Shown here piece by piece: positions 24,301 to 37,689 of a DNA stretch of 64,000 nt. Below the pieces are notes generated by a model, which was not told the DNA's origin, searched no databases, and worked only from the letters and a program-made list of their open reading frames with translations. The DNA comes from Styela clava. Its lineage: Eukaryota. The first letter of the stretch is position 1, and the number at the start of each line of letters is the position of its first letter. Where the stretch lies: contig NC_135261.1 of the NCBI RefSeq assembly GCF_964204865.1, forward strand, positions 8,990,001 through 9,054,000, given 5' to 3'. A program made the translations under genes and the position numbers.

Positions 24301-26383
24301 ATTATTTAAATCAGACACTTCTGACGAGAAAGATGATTCGTGATCGTTCTGCTTTGATTGTGTACCTGTATAAGTAATATTATAAAACGTTTATATATTT
24401 AAACATCAACATCGGCGCTCCAGAAGTGTGTTACCAATATGGAGGCAACCCAATTTTGTTCGAGTTCTTTACATCAAATTGTGTAAAGGGACTGAATCCT
24501 ATGGACATTGGACAGGGTGTATATTCACTTGGCTAACAAAGCGAGTCCCCGAACTCGTAATAGAACTAAAATAAGGAAAATCGGAACAAAATCATTGCCC
24601 AACCCTAACCTGGTACACACGATACCGGAGTACATTACGGGAATACTTTTCTTTTTTTAGAGGATATAATATTACATAACCAAAGCCCAAATATGCATAA
24701 CGTTATATGCTTTGGAAGTGTCGTTTATAAAACTACAGTTGATTATTGTAAGAAAAGAAATATTATATTTATTAATATTATACAGTTCTTTGAAACATAA
24801 ATGTATGCTTGAATATTCAGTAATGTCTGGAAAACATCAGATCGAGCAATAAATTGTTATCGTAAAATTTTATTCTATCATTAGAAAACGCGCAACCTTA
24901 TGATTCAACTTGGTCACATTCGAATAAAATACAAAAATAAATTCAGCAAATAAAATGAAATATATTTATTCAAAGAACAACAACACTAAAATATAATATT
25001 AATGGTACTTCATTTTTCAATATCATTTAGTTACCAGATTAGTGTTAGCAACAACCAACCAGAATGGTTTTTATCTAAAAATACTGAAGACTACGCCCTA
25101 TACATGACATGGTTTAGAAATTAGCATGGTATACTCTATTCAGAAACGAAACAAGTAGGTCTGAAGGTTTGGGTGATCACTGGTAATTCAAACTATCTGA
25201 TGACGTCAAGAAATATCAGTGACAAAATGGTAGTTTTTTTGAATGTTTTAAAATGAGGAAAGTATTAAGATATTTGAATTACCTAAATTTTGCAGTTGAT
25301 AATCTTTCTCGCATAAAATATTTGAATCGTACGTTTTGTAAACTCTATCTCCCGTCATAATTTTTCTCGAACAGATATTGCACCGAAGACAAGTTTCGTG
25401 AAATATAAGATCGTGTACTCTTCTTACGATTTGATCCGCCATTAATTTATCATTACAACCACGGCACTCAGGTCCAAAACGTCTGTAGAAAATAGAAGGA
25501 AATAAATTTGTAGTTGTACAGATTAGTTGTCTACTTATAGTTAGTGGTAGTAGTCGAAATTCCAAAACACAGCTAATTTGTCATCACGTATCGCACGCAT
25601 TCAGATCCATTGGAAAATACTAAATTATAACAAACAGTAATGTTAAACTATAGCTAGTCCTAATGTCTTGTTTGTCACGAAAGTCTGTCTAGTGGTTTAG
25701 AAAAGTGAGGTAAATAATTTTGAAATTTATTCTTAATTGTGAATTTATCTACAAATAAGAGTTATATGCATAAATATATTGATAATTTCCCATTTGAATA
25801 TAAATTATCAGTTCGTATTACGCTACTCCCTTGAACTCACAGTTTGAATATTAATAACAGCTTAATGATCGTTATGATATAGAAACGATTTACAGAAAGT
25901 TTGTAGTCGAATCAAAGTGCAAAAATATTATATTACGCTCTTTTTTAGAATAAAATGTTGAGACGTAATCAAATACAGATCAAGCAGGATGAATTATGGC
26001 TGGAGCTTTGTAAAAAATGCCCTAATCATCTTGTAATTATAACTGCTTTGCAGTATATATATATAACTTAGTAACATCTATATAAAAATAGAATTAGCCT
26101 GGTTTTCTTCAACTTAAATTTATTTCTTGAATATGCAATACTTAAATAAAATAACTTATAATAGAGGTAATTTTAAAACAACTCACCTAAAATAATCTTT
26201 TCTGCAATATAATAAGTCGTTTTTCGAATAACATTTCTCGTCAAGCAGTTCATCACAATCGTGACATCGGACACATTTAGCATGCCACAAAAATCCATCC
26301 ACCCGGAATATGAATCTATCTAAGATGTGGCAACCACAAGCGTGACATGGGGACGGTACAGAAGAAGAATCCGAGTTATTCAT
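21304..26383 (-). CDS. LHX1: LIM-homeobox transcription factor Lhx1/5 (Lim1)
   Basis: Exons 26383-26187 (LIM1 [12 protein letters not shown]...[11 protein letters not shown]), 25482-25283 (LIM2), 24365-24120, 23522-23188 ([36 protein letters not shown]), 22573-22426 ([15 protein letters not shown]), 21674-21304. Phases consistent. The homeodomain is diagnostic of the Lhx1/5 class. Confidence 0.95.
23976..24086. mobile_element. Short foldback MITE in an Lhx1/5 intron
   Basis: CTCCTGAAGTATGCGCACCAAGATG ... CATCTTGGTGCGCATACTTCGGGAG inverted arms. Sister copy at 39233-39343. Confidence 0.75.
24415..24633. mobile_element. ~220-bp TIR element related to the foldback MITE; inverted copy at 44073-44302
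   Basis: Shares ACCAATATGGAGG, TTCACTTGGCTAAC, CTCGTAATA.AACTAAAATAAGGAAAATCG with the reverse complement of 44073-44302. Confidence 0.7.
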
Positions 26384-28862
26384 ATCTGATGCCAGTGAAC
26401 CAGAAGGCTATGTTCTTGAATTGCAGAGACGATGCTACTGATTGACGACTGATCTGATTTTTATTCACGGTAACATCTGACTTGAAATAAAAATCGCCTT
26501 TTTCGTGACCTTTTTTTCTCAAAGTCAGAGTCACGCGTGCCAAAAAGAACCGTAAATTCGCACCCACTTCGCTGTTTTTAAAATCCTCCGATCACATTTG
26601 ACCGAACATAAGTCGTAGAAAATCTGCATCATTTTGTGCAAATTGGATGAATTCCATGCTTGATGAAGCTTGATCGCGTGTTCAATTTTTAAGCCCTCCC
26701 TTCTTCGCTCACGGTCGTTGTGTATTTCTCCCTCTCTCCCTCCGTGAAATAACAAATCCGTTATGGTTATTGCAGGCTATTTATTTATCGATTACACAAA
26801 GATTCGAAGTTTAAGTAAAGAATTAAAACTTCAAAAAAACTTTTGAATAAATTTGAATAAACAACAATTCAATTCCTCAACATTTTTAAGCTTACCATTA
26901 TTCAGTAATCATAAAATCATAAAAAAAATCACGTAGTCAATAGGCATAAAAACGGGAGTTTTTGTGTTTACACAATCAGTTTCTATTTTGTCGTCAGGTC
27001 AGCGTATGGTTCTGAAACAAAAGAACAACTTGAGTTAATTTTGTAGCAAATATGATGCTTCGCTGGTTAACTTCCCTAGTTCTCTTTTAGTTATTTGAGG
27101 TTCTTCATTAACAAGAATCTAAGTCGAATGTAACATCAAATGTCAAGCAATAATCGACATGTATAATACAAATTTAAACGTCACTCAAAACTTTCAAAAT
27201 CTCTGTGAGAATCGAGCATTGGCTCCTCCACATTGATTTTCTGATGCGTACGCCGGTCAATGATGGCTCGTGTTTTGTGTTATGAAGAGAATTAGACAGG
27301 ATTACAAGAGGATTAACGTAACCAAGGTTTGATTTACAAAAATGGTCTCTATAGTATATATAGAATATCTGGATAATCCTAATATATAGACAGACTTGGC
27401 GATTGCTCGATCGTAATGTCGATATTAGGCCAAAGTTTGACCCTAACACGTCTCAATTTCATCAATAGAACGTGGTGCTGTCGATTTGCAGAATGCGAGA
27501 AAATTTGAATCAATTTGTATACTAATTGCATCAAAATCGAACATAGATAATTTTGTTATTACCATCAGTACATTAGCTTATTCTAACGAAACAAAATAGC
27601 GTATAAACTCGAATATCTATACTTGCATCTCATGTGCTTATAGATTATCAAACATGATTTTCCACTCCCGGAAAGAAATAGCATAGGCATTCAAGTATAT
27701 TGATGCATTTGCAGCTACCAGTACAAAATTTGATTATTGTCCCGCAAAATATAAACTTTATGGGGCTCAAAATTTCTTTTATTTGTTAACAGCCTAGGAG
27801 AAGTAATCGATTTTAAAGTGAATACCAAGAACGTAGGCTACGTTAAAATAAGAAAATATCTTGGTGCTACTTCCGTATGCGAAGTCAGCGGTTGTGTGAT
27901 CTCAGTGATTTTGGTATAGTTTAATAACTGGATACTATGAGAATGTCTTTGTGAAGTCAAACGCATACCAACATGGCACGATTCTTTTTATGAAAATTTT
28001 GGATGCGCTTCTTGGGAACGTATCTTATCACTTACGTAGAACATAGAACATGAAGGGAAAATTCTCGAGGCATCTTATGCCTTAATGAATTGACATTGGA
28101 GTTCTTTGGGTTGAGTAAACAAATACGTTCAGATGCGCAAGATTTTTCTTAACCCGTGAGCCTGGTCTTTTGCAGGTTAGACCACGGTGGCGGGTGGCTA
28201 AATCTTACTACAGTACTTTATTTTCATTATATGCATACAGAGCTCATGCAACTCGAAATGTTTCTGCAATTCTTTTGTGTCCATGCACCTCCGGCTAAGA
28301 ATGGTCATGTTAAAAAAATTTCCAAACAACCTCCGTATTGTATATATGTATGTTTATTTGCATACATACAATACGGCAGTTGTTTGAACATATATTTACG
28401 GTTTGAAGAGGTTTCAATTCATGTATTATCGTATATATTACACCACCGTATATTTTGATTGCAGCCATACGCTAACCTGTAAAATACTCATAAAATTATT
28501 GGTAAAAGTTGAATTAAAAATAAAAAAATTTTAGGGTCAGAAAGATCTGCGGGACAACCACATTAAAAAGAATTTCGTGGGGTTGGAACAACGACTAACA
28601 AACCGGGCTGGAATTACGGCGATTTGAAAATTAGACGTTGCCAGATTTATCGCAGTAATCTGTTCCTAAAAAATCATAATTAGCATAGATTTCAAAATTA
28701 TAATATTTGATTTATTTATGCGTAAAATTATGTCAATAATTGGCTTTTGATAGAAATAAATACATCTACTATACGTGACTGCACCAGAATATAGACGTTG
28801 AATAAATTAAAACCCTGGCATCATTCAACTCCTCGCATGTTTTTGTGCTAGGCCAGCCCCCA

Positions 28863-28877
28863 GCTCTAGAATTTTCT
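28863..28877 (+). promoter_or_regulatory. Heat-shock element-like motif upstream of FKBP4
   Basis: gCTCt-aGAAt-tTTCt: alternating nGAAn units with one mismatch, ~150 bp upstream of the ATG of an Hsp90 co-chaperone gene. Confidence 0.45.
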
Positions 28878-29022
28878 AAGTCGTACTTCGACAGTTCTGC
28901 ATTTCTTCTGTCACCGATACCGTGGTTTTTACTCTACCAACTGATTAGCTCTAGACTAGTTGGTTTTTCATTTTCAGACTTTCCTATTCTTTTTTCGTTC
29001 GATAATTTTTTTGCAACTCAGA

Positions 29023-32000
29023 ATGGCAAATGAAGAAAGTGCAACCAATGCACCAATAGATTTGACTTTGGTGCAGAATGGAGGAGTATTGAAGGTTGGT
29101 GAAATTTGAAATTTTTTGTTGTGATTTCATTGATTTTAATATAAGACAGTAAGAATAATTATTATTGGTGCGACAATTTTCAGTGTAATTACACAATCGC
29201 GGTGACGTGAAAATTGCGGGGAATTTAGATGTTTTGTTACTGGTTTAGGATTTTGGCCAGATTGCGTGGCCCATTTTTGTTGTCTAAAATTTCGGTGGCC
29301 CATTAACTTTTTGATCCAAGGTAAAGATTAGAAGAAAAAAAAACTTGTTTTTCAAAATAATATTTTTTCTTAATAATTAGAATGAAAACCAGCATCATCA
29401 TTCATCGCTACTACAATAAAATTTAACCATAGTGACATAAATGAAACTGAATTTTTCAATGATTATAGCACTTTTAATAGGCGTGTGGCTCACCTGAAAA
29501 TGTCACCTGTTTGATAACCGGTGCATTATTCAGTCATTTAAATTAGAAATTGGGTTCCTTAGTTCCCAAGCAAATTCTAATATTCTGTGGAGCGCTATTT
29601 TCCATTTTTATTATACTTGCTTAGCTGACTTTTAGTAGAAATTAAAAATTGAGTCCCTCTCTGCCATAAACTGATAAATAGTGAAGCGCTCAGGTCGATG
29701 AAAAAGTCTTTATTTTTGTAGGAAATAATCACTCCCGGAACATGTGATGAATCTCCATCGGAAGGTTGTAACGTTTTCGTTCACTACACAGGAACTTTAC
29801 TCGATGGAACTAAATTTGATTCTTCTGTTGATCGCGGAGAAAAATTCTCTTTCAATTTGGGCAAAGGTATGGTTAACTTTGAAAATCTGAAAATATTCAC
29901 AGCACATCACCATGAGGATTCAACAAACCGAGAATATTTTCATCTCCCATAGTATTTACTGTGTGATTGTATTTTACACTTCACTGCTTTTTTCACGAAG
30001 TTATGATTATTGTATTCATCTTTTTGTCATGTTTTCTAATCTGATTTTCTAATTTTCAAAACGACTTTTTTGGTAATTTGTGAAAAAGCGAACATATCGG
30101 TTAAAAATTTTTTGCAGAAAACACCTTTTACTACTTTACGATTCTATTTTTTAGGTCAAGTTATTAAAGCTTGGGATCTCGGTGTTGCTTCCATGAAAAG
30201 AGGAGAGAAATGTAAACTGACTTGCAAGCCAGAGTTTGCATATGGAGAGAAAGGAAGCCCACCTACCATTCCAGCTAATGCTACTCTTGTATTTGAAATT
30301 GAGTTATTTGATTGGGAGGTAGGTATATAGGATTTGAAGTTTTTCAAATAATTTGATCAAGACACAATCATACATAATTACTCAAAAGTGGAGGATGCTC
30401 ATTCCTGAGCAAAGTTTTTGGTGACCCTAAGATGCCTAGAGCTATTAAACATATGAAGGAATGATAAAACACTACATGTCATTATTACAAAACTTGAAGT
30501 CTGTGTGATTGAATCCTTTTCCCAGTATACCAATTAAAATTTTAGTTTGTAATATTCAAAACAGGGTTCTTGAGAATTGTGATAAATGGAATTATAGTAT
30601 TTTAGTAGATTTTTTGTAGTATAATTATCAATCAATTAAAATACTATTTTTTCAAGTAATAGTGAAATAAAAAATCCAACAATTTGAATAGAATTATCAC
30701 TAGTCAAATTTGTGTGTACAATAGATAGAATTTACATGTTTATCTCAGGAGAGAGGAGAGAGAATAAGACTGCTCAATCATATGGTGAACCACAACCTCT
30801 TGTTGTACGGTTACCAGTCCATGGCAGGTATATGATTAGCTGGGTATTAGTTTCAGATGCATGGACTTGATAGTGGAGGGAGCTGCAACCGACCAGTGGT
30901 TATGTGAACCACCCTATGGCAGCGAGGAGTCCAGCATTCTTTTTGCACATAGTTGTCCCCAGGGGATTCGAACCTGTGAACCAACATAGGTTAATCAGAG
31001 GGGCTGTGGCGAGCGTATTTGTAACGCTTAGCAATAATTATAATAGAATAAATTGGAACAACAGTTTATTGACTTTCATTCTGTTATAGTTTGAAGATGT
31101 TTCTCCCGATAGTGACAAAAGTATAACAAGACAAGTTTTGAAAGAAGGCAAATTGTACGAAACTCCCAACGATGGAGCTAATGTATCAATTGACATCAAG
31201 GGATCATATGGAGATACAGTTTTTGATGAGAGGTCATTGAAATTCAATATCAATGAAGGTACAGACACGCAACACTGAATTTTAATCTATTGACTGATCA
31301 AAGACAAGATTAGATTGTTGGAATTGTCATAGAGTTGAAAGTTGACCTTGTTGATGGTGTGTTTGCACCTATTCAATCTGAACAATTGTATAGACAAGTA
31401 GAGCAAAGAGATGCTGCCTGTTTAGATATTACTCACAAAATTATTACCCTCGATGTGATGTTGCAGGTATAGGGTCCCAAGATCTTTTATCTTATACAGT
31501 GTTGTCCAAATTTTTTAATCCCTACCCACTTGGAACTGCCAAATTTTTGCTTTTATATAGGTTAGTGACAAAAATTTTTTTTAAAGAAAAATAAGTATGG
31601 CTTGTTTTGACAGTATTGAGTACTGCGATGTCGTGGTAACCCCAGTAAATATTCACTAACATGATGAAGTCAAATAAGCAATGTGCTAACCCCTATACAA
31701 TTTTTTGTGAGCCATAGGATATGTGAAGTTATATCTTATATATATTTGCAGTGTGCGCCACTCTATAGCAACCTCATAACATTATTTAGCTCGGACTTTT
31801 TTTTATAATAGAAGAGCTTTGGACTTGGGCTCGGTGATCGATATAACTCAAACCAATTTCAACATTTTCAAATTAAAAACTGTATTTTGTAACAGATGAA
31901 TGTGAGAATATTCCGAAACCTGTTGAAGATTCCATAAAGAAAATGAAAAAAGACGAGACTTCACTGTTTCGAGTAAATTCGAAGCATGCTTTCGGAAGCG

Positions 32001-35000
32001 AGGGACATGAGGGTTTAGGTGTGCCAAAGGATACCGATGTCAATTATGAAATTCATTTGAAAAACTTTGAAAAGGCAAAGGAATCGTGGGAAATGAGTGA
32101 TGAAGAGAAAGTGGAACAAGGAGAAATTATAAAAGCAAAAGGAACAACTTTTTTCAAGGTTTGCGATTTTCGTTAATGTATTGTTCGTCTTCACTACCAA
32201 ATCTTAACGATAGGTAATATGAATTTAAACTTATTTTTATTGTTTTTGATGAAGTTATTTGAATGAAGATGAGCCTGACTTCAACTTGACAAAATATGTT
32301 GTTTACAAATCATTAATTTTAGTTTGAATTTTGATTCTTAGAGAGAAAAAATTTCAAAGCTTCAATACCCACTTAGGAATAGCAAGTATAATATTCTCAA
32401 TTTCTACCTAGCAAGTTCAGCATTTCGGTTCTGGAGTACCAAAATTTTAACTGTAGAACTATTTTCCTGTTTGTGAGTGTTTTCAGCCTCGTTTAGAAAA
32501 TTCAGCTCTGACTTCTGATTATACGAGTCTGAAATCCTGAACTAAGAGAATTAGGATTTTTAAAACTACAGCCCTGATCTAATTACAGTGAGAAACTCCC
32601 AAAGTTGCTAAAACCTTGATTGTTATGCACTTTCATTATCAGGAAGGACAATTGAACAAGGCCATTATTCAATACAAGAAAATAAAAGATTTGCTGGACT
32701 ACAGAGAGGATGCAAAGAAATCCGAACTTGATGAGAAATGGAACTCTCTCAAACTTGCCGCTCATTTGAACTTGGCTCTGTGTTATATAAAAGTTAAAAA
32801 CTTCGAGGAGGCAACAAAATGCTGCGACACGGTATGACTTAGAGAAATGTTCTTTATGAAATGGTTTAAAATTCTGTTTTGCAAAATGCTTTTTTGGCTT
32901 GATTATTTTGATTTGGAAACTTTTGTTGATGTCATACGTTTTAATTGAACAAAATTTGAGTTGTCGAAAATATGAGTGTAATATTTGAATACATTTTGAA
33001 CTAATTTAATTATGCGAAAAATAGAATGAAATCTTATTATTTTGCATTCTTAAATATGTCTTTCGTTAATTAATACATTTGATTTTCAAATGGCACTTCA
33101 GTTTAGTGCTTGATAAACTTGACAATACTTCAGAAATTCCAATAAAAAGATCATTTATTGGAAACCATTTTGACTTCCAAGTCAAACTTGTGTGAAAATA
33201 ATAGGATTTATTTACATAAATATTTATTTTTTAGGCAATCGAAATTGACAACAATAGTGAGAAAGCGTTTTTCAGAAGAGGAGAGTCGGAATTTGCAAGA
33301 GAAAATTATGAAAACGCCAAGTCTGACTTCACGCAGGTAAAATTTTCATATGTGCTATGTTGTTATGTTTGTGTTAATTCAATAACATCTTTTGATTAAA
33401 TTGCCAAATGTTCAAGATACTTTGGTACATTCACTCCAAACAGGGCTCTTGTGCAGGCATCATCATTGGCACTGGGGAAGGCTTTCAGTTTTTTAAGTAA
33501 TGGAGTCTTCGCTGGTCTGGCATAGGCCTTTCAATGTCTTAATCCTGGGTGGGTTAGATTTTTAAAGCGTTCTACAAACTAGTGACTACCATAGGCGTAG
33601 CCAAGCGGGTCTGGGGAGTCATGGCTCCCTAAAATCGTAGAGTGATTCTTTATGATATTGTTAGACATCACTGGCTATATTTATCTGGCTTCATACCAAA
33701 AGGCACGAGCGAGCGTCCAATTACGTCATTTTACAAAAACGATTGCCCCCTTCCAAAATTTTGGGTTGTCTGTGCTATTGTGGCCTTCACATATCTGGTT
33801 TGAATCCCATGACTACCGACTCGCCCAGGGTGCAATGAATTGGGCAGGAAGATTCTCTTCCTTACAAAAAAATTCCCTACTCACTCGTAGATATCAGTGG
33901 CTGCAAGCTTCTGTGTAATAGGAAATATGTAGTTGAAACACATTGCCAGTTTTCAATACAGTTATCTTTATTTCATTGGTTCATTTCATATTTTATACAG
34001 GCTAAAAACTTGAATCCCGCTAACAAGCTGGCGATTAAACGTATCCGAGAAGCAAATGCGCAAATACAGAAGATTAAAGAAAAAGAGAAGAAATTATTTG
34101 GCGGAATGTTTGAAAAATTTGCGAGACAGGATGAGGTATTGTATGGATTCTCAATTTTTGAATAGAAATACTTGAACAATTTTGCCCAATGACCCTTTAA
34201 AACAGGGGTTCCCAAACTTTATTGGACTCTGGCTAAATTTAGAATCGGGAGAATGTTCGCGGGCCGGAAGAGTTTAGCGCCCGAAAGTTCGCGGCGGTTT
34301 AGCTGGGGTTCAGTGGATTCACTTTCATTTGACATTTTTTGCAATCTGTTTGTTTGACTCATAATGGCGTCGTATTCCTTCAGAACTGGAATATTTCATT
34401 GGCAAGGAAGACAAATCGCTGAAGTTTGATTCTTTGCAATACAGAAATATGAAAGCTACCATTTATCCCGGAAACGTCTATTTGCAAAGTCTAGTTTTGT
34501 TTGTTATTTTGACATCTGTAAGCTTTTTTATAGGGCTGATAACTTAATTACTGCTCTTTGTAATCCTACCGTGTTTCCCTGAAAATGAGACCAAGCCTGA
34601 ATTTCAAGAATGATTTTAATATAAGCCTCACCGTAAAATAAGACGTATAGTCAGTAGCACCAAGTCGATAGCAGGAAATCTCCCCTACACGTTGTAAAGG
34701 ATTAATCTAACAAGTGTGAAAGAGGAGAACGTGCCATTTAAGTAAATGGATATTGGTTTTTATATTTGAAAATCTTTGTAATTTTTTTTTGACTCATGAA
34801 AATAAAAGACACGCCCCGAAAATAAGCCCTAGTTATATTTTTCGAAAGAAAATTGAAATAATCTGTTCTATTTTTGGGGAAACCCGGTAATACCGGTACG
34901 TATTATTGAGATATCGGCATAAATGAATTGTTACGCGATAAACACGTGCTTAAACTGTGGTAATGACATAACAACATCGTTTTCCTCAAGTTCGGCGGGC

Positions 35001-35700
35001 CATTTTAAATTGTTACGCGGGCCGGAATTGACCCGCGATTTGGGAACCCCTGCTTTAAAAGGACAATGGTATTTTTTGTCAAATTTATAGTACAGCATAA
35101 CTACTGTAACTCAAAATCTGCCACCATATGACATCCTTTGTACCTGTTTTTTATTTATTTTTCACCGTCAACTTGATTGCCAGCATAGGGAGTTCCCGCT
35201 CCGGGAAATAAGAAAATATAACTCGGGCATATCAAACTCCTGACTTTACATTCATGGCCACAAGAACCGTTAAACTGTATAGAACAGTGGTTCTCAACCA
35301 CCGGCATGCGGACTGTCGTCCGTTTGTGTCAACCTTCCTGCCGGTCCGCCTAACCTCAATTGCAATATGCAAGGCACTGATGGCTGCTTATTTAAGTTGT
35401 TAGTTTAAACTCCAATTGATTAACTCCACGTTAATGTCAAAGCGTGAAGACTTGCCATTGTCACAGTTTTGGGCTGTTGTGAGCTGACAGACCTTAGATG
35501 ATTTTGTAACTTTATATTATTTTATTGCTTTTTACTTTTCACAGAAACAAGAGTTGCGTAGAAAACAAGCTGTGAAAGAAGCCAAAAAGGCGAAAGCAGA
35601 CGAAAAGCCGGACACTGAAGCATCTGGTGATGCGAAAGAGGAACAAAACGGTATCGAAGTTGACGAAACTCCGTCCGAAGTAAAAGTTAACGGAGATTAA
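29023..35700 (+). CDS. FKBP4: FK506-binding protein FKBP4/5 (two FKBP domains plus TPRs; Hsp90 co-chaperone PPIase)
   Basis: Exons 29023-29094, 29722-29866 ([25 protein letters not shown]), 30155-30318 ([16 protein letters not shown]...[17 protein letters not shown]), 31090-31258, 31896-32158, 32643-32831 ([16 protein letters not shown]), 33235-33336, 34001-34135, 35545-35700. AATAAA at 35941. Confidence 0.95.
30748..31032 (-). mobile_element. tRNA-derived SINE
   Basis: Minus strand has B-box GGTTCGAATCC in a tRNA-like head. A related head at 15355-15455 shows TGGCGCATCATG (A-box-like) and GGGTTCGAATCTC. Several diverged copies occur in the window. Confidence 0.7.
34203..35052. mobile_element. 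hAT MITE with 8-bp TSD, carrying a nested Tc1/mariner-type MITE
   Basis: TIR CAGGGGTTCCCAAA / TTTGGGAACCCCTG. TSD CTTTAAAA at 34195-34202 and 35053-35060. Confidence 0.9.
34569..34887. mobile_element. Tc1/mariner (pogo-like) MITE, TA TSD
   Basis: TA|CCGTGTTTCCCTGAAAA ... TTTTGGGGAAACCCGG|TA. Related copy at 41422-41797 and a fragment at ~3765-3825. Confidence 0.8.
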
Positions 35701-37689
35701 AATTAAAAATCAACAAACATCATCTCAAGAAATGAGGAACAGTAAGGAGAAAAGAGGCTCTCGAAAAATGTAGCTCGAAGTTTCAAAAAAGTGAAAATTG
35801 AATTGTGCATGATTCTCAAACAATTCTGTCAATGTTTATATAGAGCTAATACATGGACCAAATGTAATTATTGTGTGGCTCATGTGTAATTCTAAAATAT
35901 TTTTACCCTAATGTAGTTGTGTCTCGTTATGGAATGCTACAATAAATTGATGTTTTCTATTCACTTTTGATTTTTGCACCCGGGGAATTTGGTACCAGGA
36001 ACTATGCAGTCCTTATCTAGAGAGGGATCCGAGCGCGGATAAGACTACCTAATTATATGGCTTCAAGCCATATAATTAGGTAATGGAATTAGTTTAATTC
36101 CCTTTTTGAAACTCTTCATTCTTTTCTTACTATGCATAAAAACTATTTCATTCATGCAATCTTCATGCAATCGATCCTTACCTAGTTGTTATACACAAGT
36201 CGCACTTTGGCTTCTGTACAGTTTATAATTTGTGCGTAAATGAGTATTATAGTAATATTAATGAACTACAGAATATTAGTAAGAAATAATACTGCAGTAA
36301 ATACAAAGCGAAATTTCTTTCAAAGCGAAGGATGAAAAAATTACTAGTCATTGATACTAAGACTTCCATTCTGCTGTAAACCAACATTAATCAAGAATTG
36401 TCAAGATCGAGTATATATCATCAAGACAGTTTAATTGATATTTTCCGGTACATTAGAATTTATTTGATACTTTTGGAATCAAGCAAGCTACCATAATGGG
36501 GCGAATAAGCTAAAAAAAATCCTAAACAAACCATGGTGAAAGGATGAAGTGGCTATGTGGCACACATTCATCTTCACAAGAACAAGGCTTTGCTAACTTT
36601 TCTCATTCTTTCGAAACAATTTGTGAAAACTACTGTCTTGCCTGACTAGAACAGAGTGACAACAGGAGAAAAATAACTTTTCATTGTAAGATGTGCAGCT
36701 TCAAGCAAGGAACAGTTTGAGTGTCTTTATTCATTCAAACAATTCTGTTGGACATCTTTCCATTATTGTTAGGGGTGCTACAAAATATGTCACCAATCTT
36801 ATTTTGTTCTGAGATTTGAAACAGCTGTATTGATTTCCTGCCCCCGCAAACCAAAATGTGGAAACACAAAGAATTTTAAAATTTAATTTCGAAATAGGAA
36901 AAATACAACTAATGAAACACAATACTGACATTTGTCTTCATAGTTGTTCGGTACATGAAGAAGAAATTAGGTAAAATGCTTGTTTTTGGTCACAGTGTAG
37001 AAAGTGCACTCTGATGATATCTTTATTTCTGAAAAATAAAAAAAATTATGACCAAACCTAGAAGCTGTTAAGCAGGAGTTCGGATTATATTTAAAACATA
37101 TTTTAAAGGTTATTTCTGTTTTGTATATCATTGAGTGAACATTTGTTGTTCTAGAGTGCAAGTGTATAGGCTAAGCTATTTTAATATATTTAATATTTTT
37201 ACATAATACTGTGACTGGAACACTGTCACCGAGGGAGTAATATAGCGAAGGTTGTTATAGAGGAGAGCAGAGCTGTATAGTGGTTAACATGGTATCGCAG
37301 GAAATATACATTTCTGGAAAAATATACAATTCTGAGTCATTGAATTCGTGACCTCTGACAACAGGCTGACAAAAATTTTTACTCAGACCTTAGATCTGAG
37401 AGTAATAAATTTTGATAATGAAAACTTTGAGATATGCAAGCCTTCTTCAATTGCATGCTGAGAATGTTTTATCAACTTGATGCTTTTTGAGTTCCTATCA
37501 GAAATTTTCACTTTGATTATTTCGACTTGAAACAGAAGCCAGAATTTCAAATTCGGCTTCATGGAGCTCGAATATATGACTCTTGACTCCAAAAAAAAAC
37601 ATGACTTCATGAAATAGGAGAAATTTGAAATTTTTCAGTATTTATTGATAAGTACTAATGATGATATTATAGCTTAAAAAGGTAGAAGG

